Shown here: positions 26,901-36,550 of the stretch, one piece after another
Position numbering within the stretch: the first letter of the stretch is position 1
How the letters are laid out: every line of letters begins with the position of its first letter
Assembly: GCA_039796875.1 (NCBI GenBank)
Contig: JBDKIY010000001.1
Coordinates: 1 to 54,695, forward strand
Length of the DNA: 54,695 nucleotides
From: Actinomycetota bacterium
GTDB lineage: Bacteria > Actinomycetota > Actinomycetes > Nanopelagicales > Nanopelagicaceae
Direction: 5' to 3'
Made by a program: the position numbers and the translations under genes
The notes under the pieces: generated by a model
Database searches by the model: none
The model's input: only the letters and a program-made list of their open reading frames with translations
Told to the model about the DNA's origin: nothing

Positions 26901-27607
26901 GAGAGTTGGTCAGATAGATCTTGTTCTTTGGGACTGGTGTTAAAGCGATAACCCACGTTGCGCACCGTGCCGATAATTGCTTCGAACTCTGGGCCGAGCT
27001 TGGAGCGCAAGCGACGGATATGAACATCAACGGTGCGGGTACCGCCGAAGTAGTCATAACCCCAAATTTCTTGAAGCAATTGAGATCTAGTGAAAACTCG
27101 TCCTGGATGTTGGGCCATGTACTTTAATAATTCAAACTCTTTGAAAGTTAGGTCTAGTGCGCGACCTTTTATTTTTGCGGTGTAGGTTTTTTCATCAATA
27201 ACAACATCGCCACTCTTAATTTCACCTGATGTGGGATCTGCGGCAATGCGCAGCGCTTGAAGTTTTGCAATTGAAATACGAATACGAGCATCAACCTCTG
27301 CAGGTCCTGCAGTGTCAAGAATTACATCATCAAATCCCCAATCAGCATTTGTTGCTGATAATCCACCTTCAGTAGTAATCAAAATCAGGGGACATCCGAT
27401 TCCGGTTGTGGTTACTAACTTGGTGAGAGATTTTGCGGCGGTTAAATCACGACGCGCATCAATAAATAAACAATCAACCTCAGGAATATCAACTAATACT
27501 GAACCGATGGCAGGCAAGATGCGAACCTGATGCTGGAGCAAACCAAGTGCAGGAAGCACTTCGGCGCTCGCACCGGTGGTGTTGGTCAAAAGTAGAATGC
27601 GCGCCAT
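26897..27607 (-). CDS. glnR: Orphan OmpR-family regulator GlnR (atypical receiver domain)
   Basis: Contains ARILLLTN....[19 protein letters not shown] and [14 protein letters not shown], plus a winged-helix C-terminus. This closely resembles actinobacterial GlnR. Start taken at MARILLL (27607). Confidence 0.82.
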   Translation of the reverse strand: MARILLLTNTTGASAEVLPALGLLQHQVRILPAIGSVLVDIPEVDCLFIDARRDLTAAKSLTKLVTTTGIGCPLILITTEGGLSATNADWGFDDVILDTAGPAEVDARIRISIAKLQALRIAADPTSGEIKSGDVVIDEKTYTAKIKGRALDLTFKEFELLKYMAQHPGRVFTRSQLLQEIWGYDYFGGTRTVDVHIRRLRSKLGPEFEAIIGTVRNVGYRFNTSPKEQDLSDQLS

Positions 27608-27627
27608 AAGAGTGAAAGAATACCCAC

Positions 27628-28044
27628 GTGGATAATTACCTTCCAATTCTGATTGTTTTTACGCTCGCTACCGCGTATGGAATTTGGTATCAACGCACCC
27701 GCGGGCAGATGAAGACAAAAACATCACGGGTCGGCAAACCAGCATTAACTTCAGCTGACATTGGCCAAGAGCTTGGCAGTCGTGTGACATTGGTGCAATT
27801 TTCCACCGCTTTCTGCACACCATGTCGCGCAACTCGTGCATTACTGACCGACATCACCGCAGATCTTTCCGATGTGGTTCATGTAGATATAGATGCAGAA
27901 AAGCATTTGGATTTAGTACGTCGACTCGAGATTCTCTCCACCCCAACCACATTGGTATTGGATCGATCCGGGGTTGAGGTGGGTCGCGCGGTAGGCGCCC
28001 CAAAACGAGCTGAGGTTATGGCTACTTTGAACGGGATTAAGTAG
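27628..28044 (+). CDS. Membrane-anchored thioredoxin-family protein (ThiX-like)
   Basis: N-terminal transmembrane helix, CxxC motif (FCTPCR) and a thioredoxin-fold tail ([11 protein letters not shown]). GTG start. Confidence 0.72.
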   Translation: MDNYLPILIVFTLATAYGIWYQRTRGQMKTKTSRVGKPALTSADIGQELGSRVTLVQFSTAFCTPCRATRALLTDITADLSDVVHVDIDAEKHLDLVRRLEILSTPTTLVLDRSGVEVGRAVGAPKRAEVMATLNGIK

Positions 28045-28239
28045 CTTTTTTCTGCAAGTAATTTGCAATTCGCATCTATTCCGGCATCACTTTATTCTTT
28101 GCCTCATGTTTGGCATCGAGCCCCAGTACTTCACAAGACGGCGCGTTATTGATTTCTGCCGTTTTACTGGCCAGCTCTGTCTTGTTTAGTTGTTTTTAAA
28201 TTTCATTTAATCAACTATTCAAGAATTAGGAAAATAAAA

Positions 28240-28719
28240 ATGTCACAAAGTAATGAAGTAAAACTAATTGATGCCCGTGGTCCAAGATTTGGTGCGGTTT
28301 TAACCACTGTTGTTCTCGCCGCAGCCCTTACTACCCAATACTTGCCATTAATTATTTGGCAGCTAGCTGTATTTGCAATTGGTGCCTTTGCTGGTCCACA
28401 AAAAACTCCATATGCATTTATCTATCGCAAATTTGTAAAACCACGTTTGACAGGTGATATCCCAACTGAGGACATTCGCCAACCACAGTTTGCGCAAGCG
28501 ATCGGATTTTTATTTGCCCTCACCGCAACTGCTTCATTAGTACTTGATCTAACTGCGGTCTTCTCTGTTGCAGTTGGTTTTGCACTAGGAGCAGCGTTTT
28601 TGAATGCCGCCTTTAATTTCTGCTTAGGTTGCGAGATGTATGTGCTGATTGCACGTATCCGCGCACGCCTTTCCAAGCGTGAATTACGGGAAGAGGCTTA
28701 TAACCTGCCGAACCTTTAG
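28240..28719 (+). CDS. DUF4395 domain-containing membrane protein
   Basis: Four hydrophobic segments and a C-terminal CLGC motif. Pairing with a thioredoxin-like gene is common in Actinobacteria. Confidence 0.65.
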   Translation: MSQSNEVKLIDARGPRFGAVLTTVVLAAALTTQYLPLIIWQLAVFAIGAFAGPQKTPYAFIYRKFVKPRLTGDIPTEDIRQPQFAQAIGFLFALTATASLVLDLTAVFSVAVGFALGAAFLNAAFNFCLGCEMYVLIARIRARLSKRELREEAYNLPNL

Positions 28720-28728
28720 ACTTCGCAG

Positions 28729-29145
28729 GTGGTAGATAAGAATCAAGAGCTGCGGGATAAAGGTCTGCGCCTAACCCCACAACGCCAGCTAGTACTGCAA
28801 GCTGTGCGCGAGCTTGGTCATGCCACCCCTGAAGAGGTCGCCGAGAAGGTGCGCTCTACCCATCCGGGAATCAATTTGTCTACGGTTTATCGCAACTTAG
28901 AAACCCTAGAAAATGTGGGCTTAGTGCAGCACACCCATCTAGGACATGGCGGCGCTACATATCACGCAGCTGAAGAGCTCACACACTTGCATTTGGTTTG
29001 TGGCAAATGTGGATCAGTGGGTGATGCGCCGATTGAAACCGCTGCCTCATTTGTTAACACTTTGATTGATGAATATGGTTTCAAGACTGATGTAACGCAT
29101 TTTGCGATTTACGGAACCTGTGAATCCTGCACCGCTAAATCATGA
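28729..29145 (+). CDS. Fur-family transcriptional repressor
   Basis: Contains LR.T.QR..VL, a histidine cluster HTHLGHGG and two CxxC pairs (CGKCG, CESC). GTG start. Confidence 0.82.
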   Translation: MVDKNQELRDKGLRLTPQRQLVLQAVRELGHATPEEVAEKVRSTHPGINLSTVYRNLETLENVGLVQHTHLGHGGATYHAAEELTHLHLVCGKCGSVGDAPIETAASFVNTLIDEYGFKTDVTHFAIYGTCESCTAKS

Positions 29146-30050
29146 CGGCGGTTTATGTAGAAGAGGGTTTAGATAAAGGTGCTATCTGGCACTTTGGTGA
29201 AGTCGCGAAAGAACAACGCGCTCTCGCGGCAGGAAAAGCTTGGGCTGATCTTTCACATCGCGCCGTAATTGCAATCTCGGGTGAAGATCGATTGATGTGG
29301 CTTCACTCTCTAACCACTCAGCATTTAGAAAAGTTAGCGCCAGGTGAGTGGAAAGAAGCGCTAATTCTTGATCCACAAGGACATGTCGAACAACAATTAT
29401 TTTTAGTTGATGATGGCAGCACAACCTATATTCATTTGGATAATGAAAAAGCTCCAGCCCTTTTGGATTACCTAAACAAGATGAAGTTTATGTTGCGGGT
29501 AGATGTAAAAGATGTCAGTAATGATTTCGCAATCATGCGAGCTCCCGGCAAAACAGATTTAGTCGGCGGCCCATTTGCTCTTGTGCCACGCACGGAATTA
29601 GCGGCCACAACACAGGCTTTTAACTCCGCAAACCTGCAAGTCGGAATCTGGGCCTTAGAGGCAGAGCGCATCGCAGCGGGCCGTCCACGTGTTGGATTGG
29701 ATAGTGATTACAAATCAATTCCTAATGAATTAGGGCTATTAAATAAAGCGGTACATATGAATAAAGGCTGTTATCGCGGTCAAGAAACGGTCGCTAAAGT
29801 TTTTAATCTGGGACACCCACCGCGTCGTTTAGTTCTGTTGCATCTTGATGGTTCAAGTGTCGATATTCCAACTCATGGTGATGCTGTGGTTTATGAAGGT
29901 AAAGAGATTGGCTTTGTGGGATCAGTCGCCAGACATTATGAATTGGGCCCGATAGCACTTGCGGTAATAAAGCGCATGACACCAGCTGATGCGGTTTTAG
30001 AGGTTAAGGGCATCCCTGCAACTCAAGAGATTCTCGTACCGATAGATTAG
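29142..30050 (+). CDS. ygfZ: Folate-binding protein YgfZ (GcvT-like fold, Fe-S cluster maintenance)
   Basis: C-terminal K.GCY.GQE motif (NKGCYRGQETVAK) and GcvT-like N-terminal region. Confidence 0.8.
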   Translation: MTAVYVEEGLDKGAIWHFGEVAKEQRALAAGKAWADLSHRAVIAISGEDRLMWLHSLTTQHLEKLAPGEWKEALILDPQGHVEQQLFLVDDGSTTYIHLDNEKAPALLDYLNKMKFMLRVDVKDVSNDFAIMRAPGKTDLVGGPFALVPRTELAATTQAFNSANLQVGIWALEAERIAAGRPRVGLDSDYKSIPNELGLLNKAVHMNKGCYRGQETVAKVFNLGHPPRRLVLLHLDGSSVDIPTHGDAVVYEGKEIGFVGSVARHYELGPIALAVIKRMTPADAVLEVKGIPATQEILVPID

Positions 30051-30054
30051 CGCC

Positions 30055-30162
30055 GTGGAGATAATCACAACCATAGTTTTGATTGCAGCTTCATTAATTA
30101 TGTCGCTGGCGATTTTGGGATACTCCACAAAACAGTGGCGAAAGTTGAAGAGAGGTCGGTAA
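30055..30162 (+). CDS. Candidate 35-aa single-pass membrane peptide (not in the ORF track)
   Basis: GTG start. Sequence is (M)EIITTIVLIAASLIMSLAILGYSTKQWRKLKRGR: a hydrophobic helix with a basic tail. Its TAA overlaps the next gene's ATG (TAATG). No clear Shine-Dalgarno sequence. Confidence 0.3.
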   Translation: MEIITTIVLIAASLIMSLAILGYSTKQWRKLKRGR

Positions 30163-30662
30163 TGGCGTTTCAAATTCCAGAAAGTTTGCACCCAGATCTA
30201 AATCCATTGGCTTGGCTAGTCGGCACTTGGCGTGGGAAAGGTCATGGTGAATACCCTGGAATTGAAAACTTTCAATTTGCTCATGAGGTTACTTTTGCTC
30301 ATGATGGCAGGCCATTCCTAACTTATTTTTCTCGCTCTTGGATTATTGATGACAACAATGAAATTATTAAAACAGCGGCCTCTGAAACTGGTTTTTGGCG
30401 GGTAAAGCCAGAAAATACTTTGGAGGTTTTGATTGCGCACAGCACTGGCATCGCTGAAGGTTGGGTAGGTCGCTTTGATGGACCAAAGATCCAATTAGCA
30501 ATGGACCACGCTTACTCTGCGCCCTCTGCTAAATCGATGGAAGGCGGCCAGAGACTTTATGGCCTGGTCGAAGGCGAGCTTTTCTACGCCTATGACATGG
30601 CTTATAACGGCAATAAATTACAGGCGCATATTTGGTCAACGTTGCCGCGGGTGCAGTCTTAA
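30162..30662 (+). CDS. Nitrobindin-like FABP-family heme-binding beta-barrel protein (DUF1794)
   Basis: Contains L.WL.GTWRG.G.G.YP.I..F.F..E..F. The ATG at 30162 follows a gaagagagg Shine-Dalgarno-like sequence. Confidence 0.78.
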   Translation: MAFQIPESLHPDLNPLAWLVGTWRGKGHGEYPGIENFQFAHEVTFAHDGRPFLTYFSRSWIIDDNNEIIKTAASETGFWRVKPENTLEVLIAHSTGIAEGWVGRFDGPKIQLAMDHAYSAPSAKSMEGGQRLYGLVEGELFYAYDMAYNGNKLQAHIWSTLPRVQS

Positions 30663-30665
30663 TAA

Positions 30666-31604
30666 ATGAAAACCGGTGAGGTTTTAATTGAAGTAGTACG
30701 TAATGAAATGGTGGAGTCGGTTCATGCCGGACACCTACTTATTTTGGATGCCGACGGAAAAACTTTGTTTCAGTTGGGCGATGTTGATTCTCTAATTTAT
30801 CCACGCTCTGCGGTGAAATCTCTGCAAGCCGCTGCAATGGTGCGTGCCGGTGCAAAACTTAATGATCAACAGTTGGCTTTGGCCTGCGCAAGTCATGCGG
30901 GCAGTGCTGCACATCTTGCGGTCGCACAATCCACTTTGGCCAGTGTTGGTTTAGATGAAAGCGCTTTGCGCAATACCCCTGATAAGCCGCTAGATCCTAA
31001 AGAGCGAGCAGCATGGGGTGATCAAGCTCCATCATCATTGGCCGCTAATTGCAGCGGTAAACATGCCGCGATGTTGGCTACCTGTGTGGCAAACGGTTGG
31101 GATCTTGTTAATTACAAGAAACCAGAACATCCATTGCAAATGGCAATACGAGCAGAGTTTGAAAGTTTAAGTGGGGAAAAGATTACCCATGTAGGGGTGG
31201 ATGGCTGTGGTGCTGCGCTATTTGCAATTTCGTTACGAGGACTTGCGGGCGCAATCAGAAATCTAACTTTGTCCCAAGATCCGGCACACAACTCAGTTGT
31301 AAATTCCTGCCGCAACAATCCAGTACTGGTTTCTGGTGTTGGAAGATTGCCCACTTTGTTAATGGAAAAAGTTCCGGGATTATTTGTTAAAGATGGTGCC
31401 GAAGGTGTGATGATTATTTCGACTCCTTCCGGTGAGGTAATTGTTTGGAAGATGAGTGATGGATCCCAGCGCGGAGCCTCAGCCCTTGCTGTCGCAACTC
31501 TTTCGCAGCTAGGAATTTCAGTAGATATTGAGCGTGAAAAAGTACTGGGAGATGGCCAGGTGGTAGGAGAAATTAGGGCGAGTAAACTCGTCCATCATGG
31601 CTAA
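30666..31604 (+). CDS. Asparaginase (asparaginase II-like family)
   Basis: Contains YPRSA.K..QA, SH.GS..H and CSGKHA motifs. Confidence 0.75.
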   Translation: MKTGEVLIEVVRNEMVESVHAGHLLILDADGKTLFQLGDVDSLIYPRSAVKSLQAAAMVRAGAKLNDQQLALACASHAGSAAHLAVAQSTLASVGLDESALRNTPDKPLDPKERAAWGDQAPSSLAANCSGKHAAMLATCVANGWDLVNYKKPEHPLQMAIRAEFESLSGEKITHVGVDGCGAALFAISLRGLAGAIRNLTLSQDPAHNSVVNSCRNNPVLVSGVGRLPTLLMEKVPGLFVKDGAEGVMIISTPSGEVIVWKMSDGSQRGASALAVATLSQLGISVDIEREKVLGDGQVVGEIRASKLVHHG

Positions 31605-32871
31605 GCACATTCGTCGTATCGCATCATTGATGCTGCATACCTCACCGCTAGAACAAGCGGGAACTGGTGATGCCGGCGGTATGAATGTTTATGTTGTAGA
31701 AAGTGCCAAGCGCATTGCAGCGGCTGGAGTCGCGGTAGATATTTTTACCCGCGCCAATAAATCAGGATTGCCAGAAAAAGTTGAAATTGCAGATGGTGTA
31801 ACGGTTCGCCATTTAGAAGCTGGGCCATACGACGGAATTTCCAAGGATGAATTACCTTCGCAAATCTGTGCGCTGATGTCATCTTTTATGCATGTCGAGG
31901 CGCGTTTGCCGGTTGGTTATTACGACTTACTACATTCGCATTATTGGATCTCCGGCCAACTCGGTTGGCTAATTTCAGAGCGTCACAAACTGCCACTAGT
32001 GCACACCATGCACACCATGGCAAAGGTAAAGAATTTAGCTCTGGCAGATGGTGAAAAACCAGAACCCCAAACCCGTGCCATTGGTGAAGAACAAGTTGTT
32101 GCTGCTTCATCTGCGTTGATTGCTAACACCGCAGCAGAGGCAGCGAGCTTGGTTTCACTTTACGATGCCTGTCCAGATCGCACCTTTGTTGTTCCACCGG
32201 GGGTTGATCTCACAACTTACAAAGTTAATGGTGGAAAAAAGAGTGCACGCGCGAAATTAGGAATCAAAGATGATGCTTTGATGCTGGCATTTGTGGGCCG
32301 CATTCAGCCACATAAAGGACCTGAGGTTTTAATTCGCGCTGTTGCAGAGATGGTTTCCCATAACCCACATCTTCGTTCCAGATTAAAGACTGTAATCATC
32401 GGTGGTGCATCAGGAAATGGTTCACAAGAACCAGAGCGCCTCAAAGCATTAACGGTATTTCTTGGCATCGGTGATGTAATTGAATTTGTTCCTCCGGTGG
32501 CACATGAAGAGCTTTCAGATTGGTATCGCGCCAGTGATTTGGTTTGCGTTCCTTCCTACTCTGAGTCCTTCGGATTAGTGGCGCTAGAGGCGCAGGCCTG
32601 CGGTACCCCCGTCGTAGCAACCGCTGTTGGCGGCCTACGCACCGCAGTAGCTGATGGAATCTCTGGATCTTTAGTAGATGGCCATGATCCACGCGCTTGG
32701 TCCGCGGTTATTTCTCGTCTATTAATGGAGCCAGAGCGTCGTTTACTTCTTTCAATGGGCGCAGTTGAGCACGCCTCTCACTTTGGATGGGACACCACCG
32801 CTCGCGGCATGTTGGATGTTTACGATCGCGTGCTTTCCCAAGGCACCAATAGCGTTCGTAATCTGGCTTAA
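31597..32871 (+). CDS. mshA: D-inositol-3-phosphate glycosyltransferase (mycothiol biosynthesis)
   Basis: Contains HTSPLEQAGTGDAGGMNVYV and the GT4 motif ESFGLVALEAQACGTPVVA. The synteny with ybjN-like and gpmA genes matches mycobacteria. Confidence 0.9.
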   Translation: MAKHIRRIASLMLHTSPLEQAGTGDAGGMNVYVVESAKRIAAAGVAVDIFTRANKSGLPEKVEIADGVTVRHLEAGPYDGISKDELPSQICALMSSFMHVEARLPVGYYDLLHSHYWISGQLGWLISERHKLPLVHTMHTMAKVKNLALADGEKPEPQTRAIGEEQVVAASSALIANTAAEAASLVSLYDACPDRTFVVPPGVDLTTYKVNGGKKSARAKLGIKDDALMLAFVGRIQPHKGPEVLIRAVAEMVSHNPHLRSRLKTVIIGGASGNGSQEPERLKALTVFLGIGDVIEFVPPVAHEELSDWYRASDLVCVPSYSESFGLVALEAQACGTPVVATAVGGLRTAVADGISGSLVDGHDPRAWSAVISRLLMEPERRLLLSMGAVEHASHFGWDTTARGMLDVYDRVLSQGTNSVRNLA

Positions 32872-32873
32872 AT

Positions 32874-33362
32874 ATGTCAAAAGCTTTAATGGCGCAAGCA
32901 ACTATTGAGGATTTTTTAGATTCTCATGAGATTGATTTTGAGAAAAGTAATAACACAACCTACTTACTTACTCTGCCAGGTGAAAATAAATTACAAACCC
33001 ATTGTGCGTTAGTAGTTGGCGATCAATCAGTTTCAATAAATGCCTTTGTGATTAGAAAGCCCGATGAAAACTCGGCAGCGGTACATGAATGGTTGTTGAA
33101 AAAGAACGCAACGATGTATTGCGTTGCTTTTGCAATCAATGAGTTAGGTGACATTTATTTAGTGGGACGTTTGCCCTTTAGCGCGGTCACCGAACAGGAA
33201 TTGGATCGGGTAATTGGCGCAGTACTGCAATACTCCGACTCCTCATTCAACCCTTTATTGGAGTTAGGTTTTAGCAGCGCGATTCGTCGCGAATGGGCTT
33301 GGCGGGTTTCACGTGGCGAATCACTCGCCAACCTCGAGGCGTTTGCACACCTTATCGATTAA
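32874..33362 (+). CDS. YbjN domain-containing protein
   Basis: Size and position downstream of mshA are conserved in Actinobacteria. Sequence similarity is weak. Confidence 0.55.
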   Translation: MSKALMAQATIEDFLDSHEIDFEKSNNTTYLLTLPGENKLQTHCALVVGDQSVSINAFVIRKPDENSAAVHEWLLKKNATMYCVAFAINELGDIYLVGRLPFSAVTEQELDRVIGAVLQYSDSSFNPLLELGFSSAIRREWAWRVSRGESLANLEAFAHLID

Positions 33363-33381
33363 TAATTTTTCTTAATAATTT

Positions 33382-34386
33382 TTAGTGGAGACCTAAGAAT
33401 TTAGTAAGAAAGACCATTAGCGCAGCGCTTAATCCAGCCATTGGCACGGTAATTACCCAAGCGGTAAGAATTTTTCCGACCACAGGCCAGCTAACCGCTT
33501 TCTTGCCACGGGTAGCACCTGAACCAATAATTGCTGAAGTAATTGTGTGCGTGGTTGAGATCGGTGCTTTGAAATTAATTGCCAATACAAAAAGAATGCT
33601 AGAGGCAACGGTTTCAGAGGCGACGCCACGAAGTTGATCGATGTGAACCATTCGTTTTCCAAGGGTTTTCATGATGCGCCAACCACCAGCATACGTACCT
33701 GCCGCAATAGCCAGAGCGGCAGAGATCTTTACCCACGTTGGGATCGAATCTCCGGAGTGGAATCCGCCAACCACCAGCGCCAAAGTCATAACGCCCATAG
33801 TTTTTTGCGCATCTTGTAATCCATGACCAACCGACATTGCGGTCGCCGAACAAATCTGAGCGCCTTTGAAATACTTGCTGACGGTGCTGCGCTTGGCGTT
33901 ACGGAAGATGTATTGCAGCAAGGCGGTCAATCCAAAAGCTAATGAGAATCCAACAACTGGGGAGATAACCATTGGGATTGCAACTTTTTGAATAACGCCG
34001 CTCCAGTGCACTACTTCAGATGAAGCGACTGCGGCACCAACCAACCCACCAATCAATGCGTGTGATGAAGAGGAAGGAATTCCAAACCACCAAGTAAACA
34101 TATTCCAAGCGATGGCGCCAAACACACCTGCCAGCACTACATAAAGTCCACTTACCGATGGAGTTACATCAATAATGCCGCTACCAACGGTTTTTGCAAC
34201 ACCTTCACTGATGAATGCACCTACTAAGTTTCCGACCGCAGCAAGTGCTAGAGCTTGCTTGGGACGTAAAGCTTTTGTCTCTACAGAAGTAGCAATGGCA
34301 TTTGCGGCATCATGAAAACCATTTGTGTAATCAAATATCAACGCAACTACGATGATTACTGAGACTAAAAGATAGGCGTCGCCCAC
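33382..34386 (-). CDS. pitA: Inorganic phosphate transporter, PiT family
   Basis: Contains GFHDAANAIATS and a second half with PISTTHTI.SAIIG, typical of PiT repeats. Confidence 0.9.
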   Translation of the reverse strand: MGDAYLLVSVIIVVALIFDYTNGFHDAANAIATSVETKALRPKQALALAAVGNLVGAFISEGVAKTVGSGIIDVTPSVSGLYVVLAGVFGAIAWNMFTWWFGIPSSSSHALIGGLVGAAVASSEVVHWSGVIQKVAIPMVISPVVGFSLAFGLTALLQYIFRNAKRSTVSKYFKGAQICSATAMSVGHGLQDAQKTMGVMTLALVVGGFHSGDSIPTWVKISAALAIAAGTYAGGWRIMKTLGKRMVHIDQLRGVASETVASSILFVLAINFKAPISTTHTITSAIIGSGATRGKKAVSWPVVGKILTAWVITVPMAGLSAALMVFLTKFLGLH

Positions 34387-34388
34387 TC

Positions 34389-35003
34389 TTAACTCTCTTT
34401 CAAGGATATGGTGCGGATTACTCGCGCGACTTTTGCCATGTGATCGAGTGACTCTTCAAATTGATCAATGGTTCCTGTAACTCTCAAGATTGTCATCGCA
34501 TCAACACTGCCATCGTAAAGTTGAGCTGTTATGCGGCGATGAATGCGATCACCCTCGTCCTCTAGGCGGTCTACCTCTGCGTAGAAATGATCTAAATCCT
34601 TCAAATTCTTGAGTCGTGGCATAGAAGATGCGGTTAATTCAGCGCATTTACGAACTGTTTCTACCAACTCGGTGGCAAGTGGCGGAAACTCTTCGACGCG
34701 GTGCAAGACCGCAACATCTGTCGCTTCTTCTATGGCATCCATAGCGTCATCTAGTGAGTTGGCTAGGTCCTGAAGATCACCTCGGTCATATGGGGTAACA
34801 AACATGTCATCGATGCGGCGCACGATTTTCCCGAGAAGCTCATCTGCCTCCGATTCGATATTTCCAATTCTTTTGGCTAATTCACGTCTGTCTTCTACAG
34901 GAGCAGCGACGAGCTCAACTGAAGAGCGCGCGGCAGCTGCGAGACGTTCTGCCAGAGAGGTGTATAAATCAAATAGGACCGCGTCCTTAGGTGTGAAACC
35001 CAT
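34389..35003 (-). CDS. DUF47-family (PhoU-like) Pit accessory protein
   Basis: Helical PhoU-like sequence immediately upstream of pit. Start taken at MGFTPKD (35003). Confidence 0.8.
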   Translation of the reverse strand: MGFTPKDAVLFDLYTSLAERLAAAARSSVELVAAPVEDRRELAKRIGNIESEADELLGKIVRRIDDMFVTPYDRGDLQDLANSLDDAMDAIEEATDVAVLHRVEEFPPLATELVETVRKCAELTASSMPRLKNLKDLDHFYAEVDRLEDEGDRIHRRITAQLYDGSVDAMTILRVTGTIDQFEESLDHMAKVARVIRTISLKES

Positions 35004-35062
35004 CTTCCAAACTCCTATTTCGAACTGTAGGAAAACTTGGTGAACCGTGGGCGACTTTAAGG

Positions 35063-35080
35063 GGAATTTCAGGAAATTCC
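35063..35080. promoter_or_regulatory. 18-bp palindrome ggaatttc-ag-gaaattcc in the pit/gpmA divergent region
   Basis: Perfect 8-bp arms, ending 22 nt upstream of the gpmA ATG. Confidence 0.35.
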
Positions 35081-35102
35081 TAATAAATGACAAAATGTCG
35101 CT

Positions 35103-35867
35103 ATGAATCCACGCAGCGCAACCCTGGGTCAGCTCATTCTTCTACGCCATGGCGAGAGTGAATGGAACGCGAAAAATCTTTTCACTGGCTGGGTCGATGT
35201 GCGACTTTCGAGCAAAGGTGAGCAAGAGGCAAAGCGTGGTGGCGAGCTGCTCAAAGAACACAACCTCCTGCCCGATGTTCTACACACATCACTATTGCGC
35301 CGTGCCATTCACACCGCACAGATTGCACTTGATGCTTGTGATCGTCATTGGATTCCAGTCCATCGCACATGGCGTTTGAATGAACGTCACTACGGCGCAT
35401 TGCAAGGAAAAGATAAGAAACAAACGTTAGAAACTTATGGCGAAGAACAGTTCAAGTTGTGGCGTCGCTCCTTTGATGTGCCACCACCGCCGATTGACAA
35501 CAATGATGAATATTCACAATTCAATGATCCACGATATAAAGATTTAGGCACAGATATGCCAAATACCGAGTGTTTGAAGGATGTAGTCGAAAGAATGCTG
35601 CCTTATCTACTAGGTGAAATAAATGAAGATATGAAGCAAGGCAAAACTGTTTTGGTTGCGGCTCATGGAAATTCAATTCGTGCCATCGTAAAACACATAG
35701 CTTGCATTAGCGATGAAGATATTGCAGAACTTAATATCCCAACCGGAATTCCATTACTGTTCCAATTTGATGATGATTATGAACCGTTGGTAAAAAATGG
35801 AACCTACTTAGATCCTGAAGCTGCCAAGGCAGCTATTGAAGCGGTAGCAAATCAGGGTAAGAAGTAA
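35103..35867 (+). CDS. gpmA: 2,3-bisphosphoglycerate-dependent phosphoglycerate mutase
   Basis: Contains [20 protein letters not shown] and AAHGNS motifs. Confidence 0.93.
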   Translation: MNPRSATLGQLILLRHGESEWNAKNLFTGWVDVRLSSKGEQEAKRGGELLKEHNLLPDVLHTSLLRRAIHTAQIALDACDRHWIPVHRTWRLNERHYGALQGKDKKQTLETYGEEQFKLWRRSFDVPPPPIDNNDEYSQFNDPRYKDLGTDMPNTECLKDVVERMLPYLLGEINEDMKQGKTVLVAAHGNSIRAIVKHIACISDEDIAELNIPTGIPLLFQFDDDYEPLVKNGTYLDPEAAKAAIEAVANQGKK

Positions 35868-35870
35868 GTA

Positions 35871-36527
35871 CTACTTACTGTTGTACTTTCCAGTCACTTG
35901 GAAGTAAACCCGTCGGGAAACTGATACCGCATGATCCGCATATCGCTCGTAATAACGTCCAATCAGAGTGATATCAATGGCGGTCTCGATACCGTGCGGC
36001 CAACTTGGCTCCAACAAAGTGGTAAATAATTTACGATGTAACTTATCCATCTCATCATCATCACGTTCAACTTCTAGCGCTTTATCAATATCCCTCGAGT
36101 TGATAATTCCACCAACTTTGTCGGAAATTAGGCGGGCAACTCGTCCCATTTCTTCAATAGTTTCCATCAATTCTGCAGGCACCGCAGGCGCGGGATGGCG
36201 CAAACGAGCAATCTTGGCAACGTGATGAGCCATATCGCCCATGCGTTCCAAGTCAGCGCTCATACGCAAGGCGGTGACAAGTGCTCGTAAATCAGATGCA
36301 ACTGGTTGTTGACGCGCGATGATGTCAATGATTCGAGCATCTAGCTCATGTTGAATTTCATCTACTCGATCATCGGCTGCGATCACATCTTCCGCTTCTT
36401 TGATGTCGGCATTAACTAAAGCATGAGTAGCTTTAGAAATTGCATCTGAGACCAAATTGGAGAGATCTACTAGAGATTGAGTGACACCATCTAGTTCCTC
36501 TTGGAAGGCGCTACGTAACCAGTTCAT
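35871..36527 (-). CDS. phoU: Phosphate signalling complex protein PhoU
   Basis: 218-aa two-repeat PhoU (DLERMGD.A, ERYADHA). Start taken at MNWLRSAF. The upstream 151 codons of the track ORF overlap senX3 and look like non-coding shadow. Confidence 0.88.
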   Translation of the reverse strand: MNWLRSAFQEELDGVTQSLVDLSNLVSDAISKATHALVNADIKEAEDVIAADDRVDEIQHELDARIIDIIARQQPVASDLRALVTALRMSADLERMGDMAHHVAKIARLRHPAPAVPAELMETIEEMGRVARLISDKVGGIINSRDIDKALEVERDDDEMDKLHRKLFTTLLEPSWPHGIETAIDITLIGRYYERYADHAVSVSRRVYFQVTGKYNSK

Positions 36528-36550
36528 GGTGGGTAATTTAATAATTAAAG

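Noticed and set aside
28106-28189. A 27-codon ORF (MFGIEPQYFTRRRVIDFCRFTGQLCLV) in the 195-bp gap upstream of the DUF4395 gene.
   Set aside because: It has no Shine-Dalgarno sequence, no hydrophobic or other recognisable character, and no coupling to neighbours. The gap more likely holds promoter or operator sequence for the DUF4395-Fur-ygfZ unit.
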